From the human T2T-CHM13v2.0 reference genome, Homo sapiens: 64,000 nt of DNA. Shown piece by piece: positions 15,306 through 30,551 of the stretch; the stretch's first letter is position 1; every line of letters starts with the position of its first letter. The position numbers and the translations under genes were made by a program. The notes under the pieces were generated by a model that worked only from the letters and a program-made list of their open reading frames with translations, was not told the origin of the DNA and did no database searches. The stretch lies in the NCBI RefSeq assembly GCF_009914755.1, contig NC_060938.1. One strand, given 5' to 3'.

Positions 15306-18267
15306 GCAGAGAGCTGAACAATCATACATGCAATGAACACAGTACTTTACGGTTAATGTACCATTCTTTATGAGAATATGCTAGCATAATGATAGAGGGC
15401 TGAAGGATGTAATCTATAATTAATACAAAGTGAACTGTCATGGGGGATGGGGAGGGAAATGGGCCTTTCTGCAGAAATATAAGTGCAGTCATGGAAACGG
15501 CTATAGCTCCTTGATTGTAATTATTCAACCTCACTAGGGGTCTGAAACTAGCTATTAAAGTGCTAGTGGTCCCTTGTGGAGTGGTCTCCTATCCAATTAA
15601 ACTTTCACAAGTCTATTCAAAGACGTGTGGGACACCACTGTGTTCTATTAAATAGTGTCAAGCACCTGCATTTCTAATAGAACATAATGCTTTTGGTTAC
15701 CTTTGGCATATAGAATTTGACCAGAGAATTTTCTTTGTCTGGTTGGAACAATTTGAATCTCTAGACATATAACATTTGTAATTAGAACAGATAAAAGTCT
15801 TCAGTTTCTGATAGTTTGCAGGACACTGCCATTCTAGTGTTTTCTCTTATGTACAAAAATAAAGCATATGCAGAAGTCAGTGAGAAACAAAGAAATGTTA
15901 AATGTTAGAAATGATTGGCAAAATAAATGCAGGGGAAGTGAAAATCAATAAGCAGAGTATTTCACTGCATATTTAAGGGTTTGTACAAATTTTGACATCT
16001 AGGAAAGGTACATGACGAAATTGCCAAAACATTCTGTGATGTCATAAGTTAAGGACTTCCATTTAAAAATTTTCAATTTGCCTTGCAAATGTTAAAATGA
16101 AAATGGCTAAGTTGTCAATGTGTGAGATGAAATGGTTCCGAGGTAACTAGTGTGCAGCATGATATACTAGAAAAGGGTTTTGACTGATACATGTGTATGT
16201 ATACACACTTGTATACATTGCATGTGACAATGATAATCAAATACTTCTTGTACACCGCTTAAAGTCTTCTCAAACTTACATCTTTTTCAAAACCCCTCGT
16301 TTGTAGTCAGCAGTTCTGCCCAGGTTTTACCTAGCTTCTGATAGGTAAATTAAGTCTGTGCTTCACCTCTACCTGAGCCTCCTACTTTTCACATTCCTCT
16401 CTGAAATCTCTGACTCACAGGGATGAGATGTGAGTAGGAAAGTATTTGGCTCTAACGGAATAGATCACAGAAATATGAAGGAGTTAAATGCTTGGGGCCA
16501 CACTGGACCATTGGCATTCAAAAACCAGTAAGAGTAATCAAAATGCAATTCCACTGAATCTCAACCCCTGAACAAAAGCAAAGAGGAATTTTAAATTACA
16601 CCTAACTTCTGAGTTGACTGTGTTTTTTTTAAGTTATATCTTTATTTCAATGAAAGTTATAAAATACATCTCATGCTTTCATTATTTATAGTTTGTTCTT
16701 AGCTTTCCTTCAGCCACTTTTTTACCCACATCATCCTCTTCTTCCTTTGATCTAGTTTTAGAGAAGACAATATGTATATATTTCACATGTATAGGTCATT
16801 TTATCCCATGAACTCACTGCCAATATGAGGCAGAAGCCAGTATTAGTAAATTTTTACTTTCTGTGATAGTTGAATTTCTTTTTAGTAGCGCATTCAAGAG
16901 ATTATTTGAATTTTAAAAATGTGCCTATCAAGGGAGAATTAGCTTTCTAATACATGACTTCCTATCCAAAAATGAAATTTTCAAAAACAGATATGTCTTG
17001 CTATGACCTTAAGCAGAGCAACTATTCAAATTCCATTCCTAATTGCTCTGCTGCACATTTCTTCCTAGTATTTTGCACTCAGACTAGTAATTTTTAGTTT
17101 TTTTCTTGGCTTATGTCAGGAAGGAACTAAAGTAAACCTTTCTTAAAATTGCATTGGCTAGTAAGGAAAACTTGGCTTTTAATAGTGTAGACATTTCATA
17201 ATATAGTGTAGACAGGAAGATGTGACAGAACTATGTCTTTTCAAGAAAACACTTGAGTTTTCTGTAAACATGTCATTATGTTAAACAAAAAGGATATTAA
17301 AGAGCACCACTTAAATCTTTAATGTTATTTCCAACAATAGTTTTAATATTTATTTTTTCCTGAAAATACAGGATTTTAATAATATGTTCAATATCCCAGA
17401 GTTGAAAGTTTTAGATTGAACCAATGTTAAGTAAAATTTTCATTAATATTCTTTTTAAACCTACTACTTAGTTGGAAATAAAGATTAACAAATAAGGTAA
17501 TTCATGTGAAATTGTGCTTTGTTTACATATTTAATAATTAATTCATACAATAAGCTGTGATTGATTTCTTGCTGAGATAGTATGAAAAAGTGAAAATTTT
17601 AAATGCTGAATTTTGTATGTATTATTTTACTTTCTGCTAAAATAATCTCATTTCCATTTCAAGCTTTCCTGGGAACATTTGGAGACATTGACTTGTACTA
17701 AATACTGTTCTAGTCTATTTATACTGAATCTTAGATATCATTTCATGTAGGTTGTAAATATTAATTGATTTGTCTTTTTCACAGTGAGTGTTTTCTATAC
17801 ATTTAGCTATCAAGCATTTGCTACTACCTACTGCTAGCCCACCTCATTTTTGAAGTGTTATTTGAGTTAGTTCCCAGAGGCTTTCAACTAGTTGGATAGT
17901 ACCTGTGTAATTTTTTCATTAGCTATGCAAAATTAAAAATGTAGATAAAACCAGGATCAGATTAGTCCTCTTTTGTCTTTTTTCATCCAATGCATGTTTT
18001 CATTTTATACAAATATTTAAATTTCAAAGTATTTCTCCAGACTTAGGCTTCTTGATCCACATTTAGAAGCCTGAAAGGGGAATGAACGTCCAACACTTTT
18101 GTATCAATAGGCAGTTGGCAAATTCTAGAAAACATACTAAAGATGATAATCACAGACTGAAGAAATGATTACAATGATAAGAAGAAGCCATCTTAGGTTA
18201 AAAAATACATTTATATGGCTCAAGACTGATACAAGAAATAGATAATTATTTAAACAGAAGTGCCGAG

Positions 18268-18414
18268 AAGCTTTTAAAACTATAGAACTCCTGGGTCTAC
18301 CCAGGAGATCCATAATTAAAATCCTGATTTATTAAGTCTGGGATGGGATAAAGATTATAGCCTAAAATTTTTCCTCGTTTAATCTTGCTGATCTAATAGG
18401 TTCCTGAACCACTG
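18268..18414. mobile_element. MER5-like hAT-Charlie MITE fragment
   Basis: AGCTTTTAAAA...CCTGGGTCTACCC...GATTTATTAAGTCTGGGATGGG...GAACCACTG. Confidence 0.55.
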
Positions 18415-18867
18415 TTATTCATTAAATGCTTAACTATGTGACAAGTACCACAGGACAACCATTGGCAGGGAATGCTGCTTCCTCACTTTGATGTTTCATT
18501 CTATGGGGAGGGATTTCCCAAAACAATCCTACTCCCTTTACATTCCCCCAAGAAATGTAAAGATTCTCCTAATTGCTAGGCAAGTAGCCATTAGTTCATG
18601 GTTCTCTCGTGGATAGAATTCATCTGAAAGAGGCCCAGGGCTTGAGAAGATTTTGTCTTTTTCCTCCATCCTCCACCACAGACATCCGTAGAGTATAGCA
18701 ATCAAGCTGAGAGTGTCTGTTTTACAGACATACACTTTGCATTGTTGTTGCAAGGTCTACGCTCAGAAGGTTGTTGTAAGGTCTCTACTGAAGGAGTAAA
18801 ATATCGGCAAGCCAATTTTGATACTGTTTTACATTCTCCAAACATGTCTTCTTAAATTAGAAAAAAT

Positions 18868-19109
18868 TTTCTAGCTTTAGTGAAGTATAATTGTTAAAAA
18901 TCAAATATAGTCAAGGTATACATGATATGCTATACATATATATTATGAAATGATTACCACAATCAAATTAATTAATACATCCAACACCACATTTAGTTAT
19001 CAATTTGCAGGTGTGTGAATGTGTGCTGAGAATACTTAAGATCTACTCTCTTAGCAAATTTCAAGTGAACAATATATTATTATTGACTATAGTCACCATG
19101 CTGTACATT
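18868..19109 (-). mobile_element. L1MA9-like 3' end
   Basis: CTTTAGTGAAGTATAATTG...CTTAAGATCTACTCTCTTAGCAAATTTCAAG...AGTCACCATGCTGTACATT. Confidence 0.85.
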
Positions 19110-20652
19110 TGTTGGATACAATATTCTATGAAAGAAGTTTTTATCCTTCAGCACTTTGCATATCATCCCACTCTCTTCTGGCCAATAAGGTTTCCTCTGT
19201 GAAGTTTGCTGCCAGATGTATAGAAGCTTATTTATGTGTTATTTGTTTCTTTTATCTTGCTTCTTCAAGAAGCCCTTTTTAAATCCCTGACCAATGAGAG
19301 TTTGATTAGTAAATGCTTTGAGGTAGTTGTATTTGGATTGAATCTTCCTGGTGTTCTATGACCTTTTTTACCTGAATTTTGATATCTTTCTCTAGGTTTG
19401 GAAAGTTCTCTGTTATTATTTCTTTGAATACATGTTTTACTCTGACCTCTCTCCTCTTTAAGACCAATAACTCTTAGATTTGCCTTCTTGAGGCTATTTC
19501 ATAGATCCTGTAGGCCCACTTCATTCCCTTTTATTCTTTTTATTTCCTTTTTTTTTTCTCCTCTGACTGTGATTTTCTTTTGCTTAATCAGTTCTGCCAT
19601 TGAGAGTTTCAGTTTGTCAATTGAACTTTTCAGCTCCAGAACTTCTGCTTGATTTTTTAATTATTTCATTCTCTGTTAAATTTCTCTGATAGAATTCTGA
19701 ATTGCTTCTCTATATTATCCTGAAGTTCACTGAACTTCTTCAAGACAGGTATTTAGAATTCTCTGTCTGAATTATCACATATCTTCATCACTCTGGGATT
19801 GCTCACTGGTGCCTTATTTAGTTCATTTAGTGAAGAACTATTTTTCTGGATATTGTTGGTGCTTGCAGATGTTTATCAATGTCTGGGCATTGAAGAGTTA
19901 GGCATTGATTCTAATCTTAGCAGTCTAGATTTGCTTGTACCTATCCTTCTTAAGAAGACTTTCCACACATTCAAAGGAAATTGAATGATGTGATCTAAGC
20001 CTGTAGTTGCTGCAGCCCTTTGTGACTTGCAGACTCAGAGGTACCATATTGGTGGGCTTGGGTAAGAAAAGGAAGAATTTCCTGTGTTAGAGGATGGTCT
20101 CTACCTCTCTTGCCTCTCTATTCCTTAATTCAAAGGAGTGTCTGTGCTGGACTGCCTGGAGTTGGCAGAGAGATGAGACAGGCACTTCCCAGACTGACAC
20201 AGCTGGTGTCTCACTAGGTCAAATGCACCCCAAATCTACTGCTTCCCCTTGCTGGGGCTAAAAATTCCCCTCTGGTCAGGGCTCCTCTGTGGGCACTGGC
20301 AGAATCCTGCCACGTGTCATATTCTGCTGTAATAGTGCAGCACTGAGTTCCAATGTCAAGTCCCAGGATCACTTCACTCTCTCTTCCTCAAGCACACAGA
20401 TTATCTTTCCATGTGGCACAGCTGGGGGATGGGGAAGAGGTGGTTTAGGAAATGCAAGACTGTCGTTTCTACCCTCTTCAATGTCTCTTTCCTTGATGTT
20501 ATATTAAAACCAGGTAATGTAATTGTTCACTTGATTTTTTGCTGGTTATAAAGGTGCTTTCTTGCATGATTTTTTTTTTCTTAATTTGGTGTTTTTAAAT
20601 GGAGGGACAATAGCTAGAGGGTTCTATTCAGCCATCTTGCTTCACCTCCTCC
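19110..20652 (-). mobile_element. Old L1MA-class 5' UTR plus ORF1 region
   Basis: ORF1 C-terminal antisense motif CCTTCAGCACTTTG..ATCCCACTCTCTTCTGGCC. It ends in an L1 5' terminus, GGAGGAGGTGAAGCAAGATGGCTGAATAGAAC (reverse complement of 20623-20652). Confidence 0.85.
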
Positions 20653-20965
20653 TTTTTCTCTAAGATTAGAAACAAGTCAAGAATGCCTACTCTCACCACC
20701 TAGATTGAATATGATATTGGAAGTCCTAGACAGAGCAATTAGGTGAGAAAAAGAAATAAAAGTCTTCCAAATCAGAAATAAACAAGTAATTTTGTATTTC
20801 TGTTTGCAATGGCATTATCTTATAAGTAGAAAATTCCAAAGACTCCACCAAAAATTATTTGAACTAATAAATTCAGTAAATTTGCAGGATATGAAATCAA
20901 CATCTGAAAATCAGTTGTGTTTCTATACACTACAACTATCTAAAAAAAATAAGAAAACAATTCCA
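20653..20965 (+). mobile_element. Old L1M ORF2 RT-domain fragment
   Basis: Decayed match to [52 protein letters not shown]. Confidence 0.85.
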
Positions 20966-21669
20966 AAACTTCTTTGTGTGTGATGAAGGTATATTTTGTT
21001 CCTCAAGCCTGTGTCTTATTTTCCCATTGATTCAGAAATCATATGAGGAAGAGGGATACTATATATAGGTTTCACTCAAAACTCTAAAAACAAAAATAAA
21101 TTATGATGACTGTTGGAACACAAAAGAGTAAAATAGTTGAATAAATTATTTGTTAATGTAAAATTCTAGTAGTGTCCACATCAGGGATTTTTTATTTTAA
21201 TGAATTACAGTGGAATTAAGGTATATATTTGGATATCTAAATTAATAAAAAATCATGAAAAACAATAAATTTTTTTTGTGTTTGGAAGAAAGAGCAAGAA
21301 CTAGTCAAAATAACCAGTTATATATTCTTGTTCCATTTAATCATATATTATTCTTCATATTTTTCAAAGCATATTATAATATAGATTATACAAATTTATT
21401 TTAAAAGTCCAGAGGGTCATTGTACAAAAAATACTAAAAATACCTGTGACATCACAATACATATGAAATATTTTATTCTTCCATATGAACTATTGTCCTT
21501 CATTTTGATGCATTTTTAATTAAAAAACTTTCAAATTATATTATGAGCAATCTAAGTTATATTTAAAGAGGAATTAACTGGTCACACAATCTAGACACTA
21601 TTTCTACCTGTGTTGTAGATAACTGGATATCCCGTTTTCTGCCAATGCTATTAAAAATGCTTTTTGTTT

Positions 21670-22378
21670 TGGATTCCTTCCATCATCTTGGATTCCTCAT
21701 ATTATTCAACCATTAAATCACAAGTCCTATTGACCCAACCTGTGCAAATATCTCCCTAAACTAATGCAATAACTTTTTAACAGGTGTTTAAATTTCTCAT
21801 CCCTTTCATTTTCTATTTAATATTTACACCATTACCAGAGTAATCTTTTGAAAGTACAAATCTCATTAAGTCCCTTTTCCATCCTTCATTTTTAACAACT
21901 TTCAATAGCTCCATACTTTTGTAGGGTAAAAAATATATATAAAAACTATATATTATATATGCATATAATATATACAATTTAAAAATACCATTCCACTTAA
22001 TTTGTAATTCTCTGTCACCAGTCTGCCACCATTCTGTCTCGCTAGAGCTACTGCTTTAATTACATAAGAAAACCAACAGTTCACTGAATATGGCATGCAT
22101 GTGTATGCCTCTGCTTTTGTAGATAATACCTGTCCTTCTTCTGTCTGGTAAAATCTTAACACAATTTTAAAAACCCAGCTCCAACATCACCTCCATTGAA
22201 GCCTTTTTTTTGAATATCCCCCAGATAGATCATCTCCCTCTGGAATTTCGTAGCATTCTCATCTGAGTTTCTGTCTTTAACCTATGAGGTCATGGTGGAG
22301 AGATAGTATCTGTTTTGTTTCCATAGTGATTAGAACACCAACTATAATAATAGTGTAATGAAATCTGAATTAAATAAG
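21670..22378 (+). mobile_element. L2 (L2a-like) 3' region
   Basis: CCAGAGTAATCTTTTGAAAGTACAAATCT, CCCAGCTCCAACATCACCTCC and an L2-like tail. Confidence 0.65.
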
Positions 22379-22735
22379 TTTTTCTGAATTTTATTTTCCT
22401 AGTATATACAGAAGATAATATTAGCCTCCAGATTATTGCATAGATTAAATGAAACATACATGTATAAACTTTTATTGTAGAACCTACCACATAAGTGGTA
22501 TCCAGTTAGTAGTATTAAAGTTGAAATATGTGATGCTTCAAGGCATCATTACACACAAAGTTGCTAGACATGCATTTTATTCTTACAACAAATCCGAACT
22601 AGGAAGGATAAATTTGATGGCCCCTCTTTTCATTGTGCATAGCAAAATGTTTTTATCAAGTGTATAACAGAAGGCATGATAATAGGTTCTTGTTAAATGA
22701 ATAAATGTTTCCATTGGTTAAAAAATAAATGCACA

Positions 22736-24479
<1,744 letters not shown>

Positions 24480-25839
24480 CATGAAATTAAAAAAAAGAAG
24501 GGAATAAACTGAGTTATGCAGTCCAGGGGATATAAATAAAAAACCTTGAGGAAAAAAGAAAATGCACAAAGAAAGAAGAATAAGAAAGACAAAGGAGACA
24601 GAAGTGATCTCAAACACTATCTTATGACTGTTTGGGTCAAAGATTAAGTTGATATTGAACATAGATCTTGGGAATCCAAGAACATTTTCTGTCTTCATGC
24701 GGTGAATTCCTAAAGAGGTTAAAATAACAGAACTTTCCATTTGGGGATGATTCCATGAAGAATACTCGTACCTGCATGTAATAGAAAACCTGACCAACAG
24801 TGGAGAAGTATACCAAGGTTGTTCGAATTGCAGAATGATGGCATCAAGAGACCATAATGCTGTCACGTATGCTTGTTACCTGAAAGTCACAGTGTGGCTA
24901 CTATCTATCCAGGCATCGTATCTTAATTACAGGACAAAAAAGTCAAGGGATAAATGAGTCTTTGAAAATTGAATCTGTCCTTTCACATAAAGAAAGCAAG
25001 TTTTTGCAACAGCTGCAGTAAAAGTACTTACACTTCACCAAAAACTATATGACATATTCACAGAATCCTAACTTCGAAGGAGGTTGATCAACTGAGAAAC
25101 TGGCTTCTCAATATGTTTTATAGAGGAAAGCAATATAAAGCGTTTTAAAAATAGATGTTAAATGTGCCAATTTACAATCTCTACTATCTCAACATTTATG
25201 TATATCATTTTCTTTGTTACACTAACCCACTCTTCAAGAGATAGAGTGTCACACTAGAGATCTAGTCACTAAATCCAAATTGCATGCCAAAAAAATAAAA
25301 TCTACCCACAGCATCCGCAATATACAATAGTTGGGAAGAAGCAAGTAACTGCAATAAAAATAGCATATTTGGCAAAAGGGAGAACAAAAAACATATAGCA
25401 GTGTCTATATTATATATTAAAATCAGCATATAGTACATCAAAACTTGCTGATAGGATTAGTGAGATTCCATGCTCTACAATGAAGTAGTTTTCCTAATCA
25501 GACGTATTGAAGTCTCTCTCATTTTCTCTGTAGGAAAATCTATATTTCCTCCTTGGTGGGCAAAGAGGAGAGAGATGTCCTTCCTGCATCCTGAATGGCC
25601 ACAGAAACTCTTTCTGTGTATAATTTAAGGAATACAGTCCTTATATTAGGGATTTAAAAACAGAGACTATAGCTGGCCAGGCCTAGGGTTTTATAACTTT
25701 CCACTGCCAAAAATATAGCCAATTTGCAGTCCATTTGCTTTTTATCAATTCATTTTACATTTAAGGGTACTCAAACTGATCATCTGGGCATATCCTTAAG
25801 CCTGGTAAATGTTACCTTGTAAAGACACACTCTGTAGTC

Positions 25840-26025
25840 TCCCCGCAATCACACCCAGCAGTCTTTCTCATAAGTCTCATTGGCCAGAATCAGATCATAC
25901 AACCTCTCCTAGCTGTGAAAGAGGATAGATAACTGAGATTTTCATTTCCTGAATTACCTAGAGAGGAAAGCCAGGAAGAAAGTGGTTGTGATTGGTGTTT
26001 GTGTAGGCAACTTCTGGTGACTGCC
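25840..26025 (-). mobile_element. MLT1-type (ERVL-MaLR) LTR fragment
   Basis: TCTCATTGGCCAGAATCAGATCATA...CCTAGCTGTGAAAGAGG motif typical of old MLT1 LTRs. Confidence 0.5.
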
Positions 26026-26479
26026 TTATTGGAGTACAAATAGAGTTATTCTTCTTTTATTGTCTGTTTTCAAAAAAGACACCGCAATTCTCTGTATCTT
26101 TAAAGATAGCTTTTTCAGATTTGATAAATAACCCATGCCCACCATATCTTTTCCTGATTTTATAGTCTTCAATTATAATCAATATATTCTTTGAGCATGA
26201 CTAATGTTAAGTTTTAAAGGGAAATAATTCTATGAATACACAATATTTTACACAGGAATTTATACACAAAAATAAGTTATACAAAGATTTTATGCATTGT
26301 AAAAAAGTCCAAAATTCTTAAGGAAATCAACAAATCTTAAAACACATAAATAGCCATTATTAGCATCAATTTAACAGGAGTCCAAGTATTTTTTCTCTAT
26401 ATATATTTAAAGACAGAACAATAGAAATATAAGATTACATGCAGATACTAGTTATACAGATAGATAAGTAGACAGATAA

Positions 26480-26677
26480 ACTTTATTTATATATATATAA
26501 ACACATGCACAGTACATTAACTATATACCTTATACTATATATGTGTATATATAGTATGTATATCTGTAGATGTATATCTATATGTGTGTATTCACCTGTG
26601 TATTCATATATTAGATGTACATGTATATGTATTTATATGTGTGTGTGTGTATATATATATACACATACATATACATT

Positions 26678-26711
<34 letters not shown>

Positions 26712-26713
26712 CA
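26480..26713. repeat. TA/TG/CA-rich low-complexity tract
   Basis: Seen directly. Confidence 0.9.
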
Positions 26714-27145
26714 TTTAGTTGGCAGAAATCTGGTTTTGGTAACACAATTGATTAATAAGTTGAAAAAAGTTTAACTTATATAGTGCCAAGTATAACATAA
26801 AACATGTTCTTTTTTGGGGTACTACCAGAGACTAGAAATGAAGACAGAACTAAAAATGAAGGTGTTACACATATGAAATCACACAGTGATTGTCCTAAGA
26901 GGCTTAACACTTCTCAATCAGATATTACTGGCATTTGGGGCATGAAAGACATATTCAAACAATCAAAGGCAGAAAGAATTTGCCACTAAAAACTCCTCAC
27001 TAGAAAAATTTCTGAAGTACAAATTTCAGTAGGAAAGAATTTCAACTCAGAAGGAAGATATGAGACTAAAAATAATGTTAAGCAAAGTGATCACTAATTA
27101 TGTGGGTTAGTTTACCTAACAATCAGATGTGTAAAAGAATAATAA

Positions 27146-27258
27146 ACACACACACACATATAATACATATATATATAATACATATATACATATATATAAT
27201 ACATATATACATATATATACACATAAAAAATACATATATATATACACACACACACACA
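27146..27258. repeat. (CA)n/(TA)n compound microsatellite at an Alu tail
   Basis: Occupies the tail position of the adjacent minus-strand AluJ. Confidence 0.9.
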
Positions 27259-27261
27259 CTT

Positions 27262-27540
27262 AGGATCTCATTCTGCCACCCAGGCTACAGTGCAGTGACA
27301 CAATCATAGATTACTGCAGCCTTGCACTCCTGGGTTCAAGCAATTCTCTTGCCTCAGCCTCCCAAGTAGCTGAGACTACAGACACAAGCCACCATGTCCA
27401 GTTATTTTTTTTTAAGCTTTTGATAGAGATGGGGTTTCCCTATGTTGTGCAGGCTGGTCTCAAACTCCTGGCTTCAAACACTCTTCCTACCTCAGCCTCC
27501 CAAAGTTCTGGGATTACAGGCTTGAGCCACTGTCCCTGGT
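27262..27540 (-). mobile_element. AluJ (Jo-like)
   Basis: Diverged dimeric Alu in antisense: CAATCATAGATTACTGCAGCC...CCTATGTTG..CAGGCTGGTCTCAAACTCCTGG. Confidence 0.92.
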
Positions 27541-27663
27541 AGGATAGTAATAAATATTTTAAACAGCTTAAAAACAAGTTGGAACAAAATACTAAAATAC
27601 AATAACAGATAAGATTAGCATGAGGGCATGAGAGGAGACTGGGATTTAAAAATCTTTATATTA

Positions 27664-28164
27664 AGAAGTCACTGTATCAAAAAACACCTGCACACATATG
27701 TTTATTGCAGTGAAATTCACAATTGCAAAGATATGGAACCAATCTAAGTGCCATCAACCAGTAAGTGGATAAAGAAAATGTGGTATACATACATCATGGA
27801 ATGCTATTCAGCGATTAAAAAAAAATGAAATAGTATCTTTTTCAGAAACTTGGATGGAGCTGAAGGCCATTATTCTAAGTGAAGTAACTCAGGAATGAAA
27901 AAACAAATATCATGTGTTCTCACTTATAAGTGGGAGCTAACCTATGGGTAAGCAAAGACATACAGAGGGTTATAATGGACTTTGGAGACTCAGAAGTGGG
28001 AGGATGGAAGTAGCGTAAGGGAAAAGAAGCTACATATTGGGTATAATGTATACTACTTGAGCACAAGTGCATTAAAATCTCAGACTTCATCACTTATACA
28101 ATTTATCCATGTAACTCAAAACCACTTGTACTGCAAAAGCTGTTTAAACATAAAGATTAATTGA
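27664..28164 (+). mobile_element. 5'-truncated L1PB (PB2-like)
   Basis: L1PB 3' end flanked by a perfect 16-bp TSD AAAAATCTTTATATTA at 27648-27663 and 28165-28180. Confidence 0.92.
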
Positions 28165-28371
28165 AAAAATCTTTATATTATTTGGGAGACACAAATATTT
28201 ATTAGATTTCAGTCAAGTGTGAGTAAACATTATAGATAATCATTTTTTAGAGTACCAATAAAATACATATATTCCAAACCAGCAGAGGGAAAATGTAGGA
28301 AATGAAGAAAACTCAATCAATTCAATGGGGGGACAAAACAGAGGAAAAAGGACACAAAGAAGGCACAAAAT

Positions 28372-28857
28372 GAATGATTTCTATTCCTCTGGATATATAC
28401 CCAGTAATAGGATTGCTGGGTCAAATTGTATTTCTGTCTTTAGGTCTTTGAGAAATCCCCACATGGAATACTGTGCAGCCATAAAAATGAACAATATCAA
28501 GTCTTTTAAAGGGACATAGATGGAGCAGGAGGCCATTATTCTTAGCAAACTAACACAGGAACAGGAAACCAAATACTGCATGTTCTCACTTATATGTGGG
28601 AACTAAGTGATGAGAACACATGGACAAAAAGAGGGGAACAACACACACTGGGGCCTTTTGGAGGGCAGAGAGTTGGAGAAGGGAGAGAATCAGAAAAAAT
28701 TACTAATCAAGTAACTAAGTTTAATATCTCAGTGATGAAATAATCTGTACAACAAATCCCCATGACACAAGTTTACCTATATAACAAATCTGCACTTGTA
28801 CCCCTGAACTCAAAATAAAAGTTTTAAAAAATGAAGTTTTATTAGAACAAACACAAA
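28372..28857 (+). mobile_element. L1PA13-like element with 5' inversion
   Basis: 28372-28460 is antisense ORF2 sequence and 28461-28830 is a sense 3' end. TSD AAAGAA(G/A)GCACAAAAT lies at 28356-28371 and 28858-28873. Confidence 0.9.
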
Positions 28858-29092
28858 AAAGAAAGCACAAAATAGAATAAAAGAAATAAATTCAAATATA
28901 TCATAATAAATGCAAATGGACTGAGCTTACTTCTTAAAGGACCTGTCTTTTCAGAATAAATCATTATTTACAAAAGTTAGCCCTAAAACCTACAGGCATA
29001 GAAAAAGAGTACATTCACAGATCACGATGCAGACTTCAGTATCAGGGTGGTTTCAGGCTTAAATCGTGATCATATTAGAAGAGATCATTCAT

Positions 29093-29409
29093 GGCCAGGC
29101 GCGGTAGTTTACGCCTATAATCCCAGCATTTCTGGAGGCCAAGGCGGGCAGATTGCCTGGGCTCAGGATTTCGAGACCAGCCTGGGCAACACGACGAAAT
29201 CCCGTCTCTAATAAAATACAAAAAATTAGCCGGGCTTGGTGGCGGGCGCCTGTAGTCCCAGCTACTCGGGAAGCTGAGGCAGGAGAATTGCTTGAAAGTT
29301 GTTGAACCCAGAAGACGGAGCTTTCAGTGAGCTGAGATGGTGCCACTGCTCTCCAGCCTGGGCGACAGAGCGAGACTCCATCTCAAAAAAAAAAAAAAAA
29401 AAAAAAAAA
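29093..29409 (+). mobile_element. AluS-type element, full length with A25 tail
   Basis: Complete dimer with TSD GAGAT(C/A)ATTCAT on both sides and a 10-nt internal insertion near 29297. Confidence 0.95.
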
Positions 29410-30551
29410 GGGAGAGATAATTCATTAGGAAGATTTAACAATCCTGTTTAGTTGTATTACATTGTATCGCCCACTTTGCACAATTAGCAAAGATAAAATC
29501 TAGGTGAATGAAAATGTAAAATTGTTAAACTTGTAAAAAAAATTAAAGATTCATTTAGAGATTGAGATCTAAATGATAAGAAGTAGTTTGATGTTTAATT
29601 ATAATAAATTCAAAACTTTACCAAAATAAATTACAATTAATTTAGTAACACAAATGGTATATTTAGAAAAACATATATACTTGGCAAAAGATTAACATAG
29701 TAAACATATTAAGCATCAATACAATCTAGTACAAGAGGGGGCAAATTGATATAAAACCCAAATTGCTAATAAACATATGGCAATGTTTACTTTCACTATT
29801 GAGTAGGCAAATGTAAATTGCATTCATGAGATACTTTTTCACCTAACAGGCAGGCAACACCAAGTCTTACAATACCTAACATTTGTTGTTGTTGTAGTAG
29901 TTGTTGTTTGTATAAGGCATTACATGGAAATATCTAACGTGGAAAATCATTTACCACAAGTTTTAACCACTGTCACAGCATCCTGAAAATATCTTGTGTT
30001 CATCCTCCTCAGCCTGGCATTTCAATCAAAGTGGAGAATTTTACCATGCATTTTCCCTAACAGATTGTGCATATAAATGCTAAATGAAACTGGCCAAATC
30101 TTTATCTTTGGTGAATTTCTCTGCTGATACTTATGCTGCTCTATTTATTCTTTCAATCTGATTCCTCTTTATGAGATATTTCTTTCTACTTCATGACAGC
30201 TATTTTTATTTAAATACCCTTTGCTGTGGGCATTTTTCAACGATTTCTTGAAAGTCTGTATCAATCACTTGCTACGGTTGCTTCTTTGAATATAATTTTA
30301 CGTTAAACTAAAAATAATAGCCAGTTGGATCCAATATAATCATCTGTCTGTGCTTCATCAGTATATCTTCCATGAAGACAGAATCTTTACTTACCAATCT
30401 GGCTTAACACACAATCTTACAATAAATATTAAAAAATAAGTCCATATATAGAGATTGTATTATAATTTATGATTTCCCAATTCCAAAAAGGAAAATGTGT
30501 AAAAATGAAACTAAATGGTTAAGTTGTATATGTACAAGATTGGCAAATTGT

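Larger units (their letters stand above)
26940..29000 (+). mobile_element. Ancient L1M (ORF1 end to ORF2 start), interrupted by younger insertions
   Basis: An ORF1 C-terminal-like segment lies at 26940-27060 and an ORF2 start-like segment (ATATATCATAATAAATGCAAATGGACTGAGC) at about 28895-28930. AluJ, L1PB and L1PA13 copies split it. Confidence 0.6.

Noticed and set aside
18542-18787. Possible minus-strand coding exon (CAG acceptor at 18788, GTAAAG donor at 18541)
   Set aside because: The donor is weak, the frame of the 71-aa ORF has stops just inside the acceptor, and the peptide is not recognisable.
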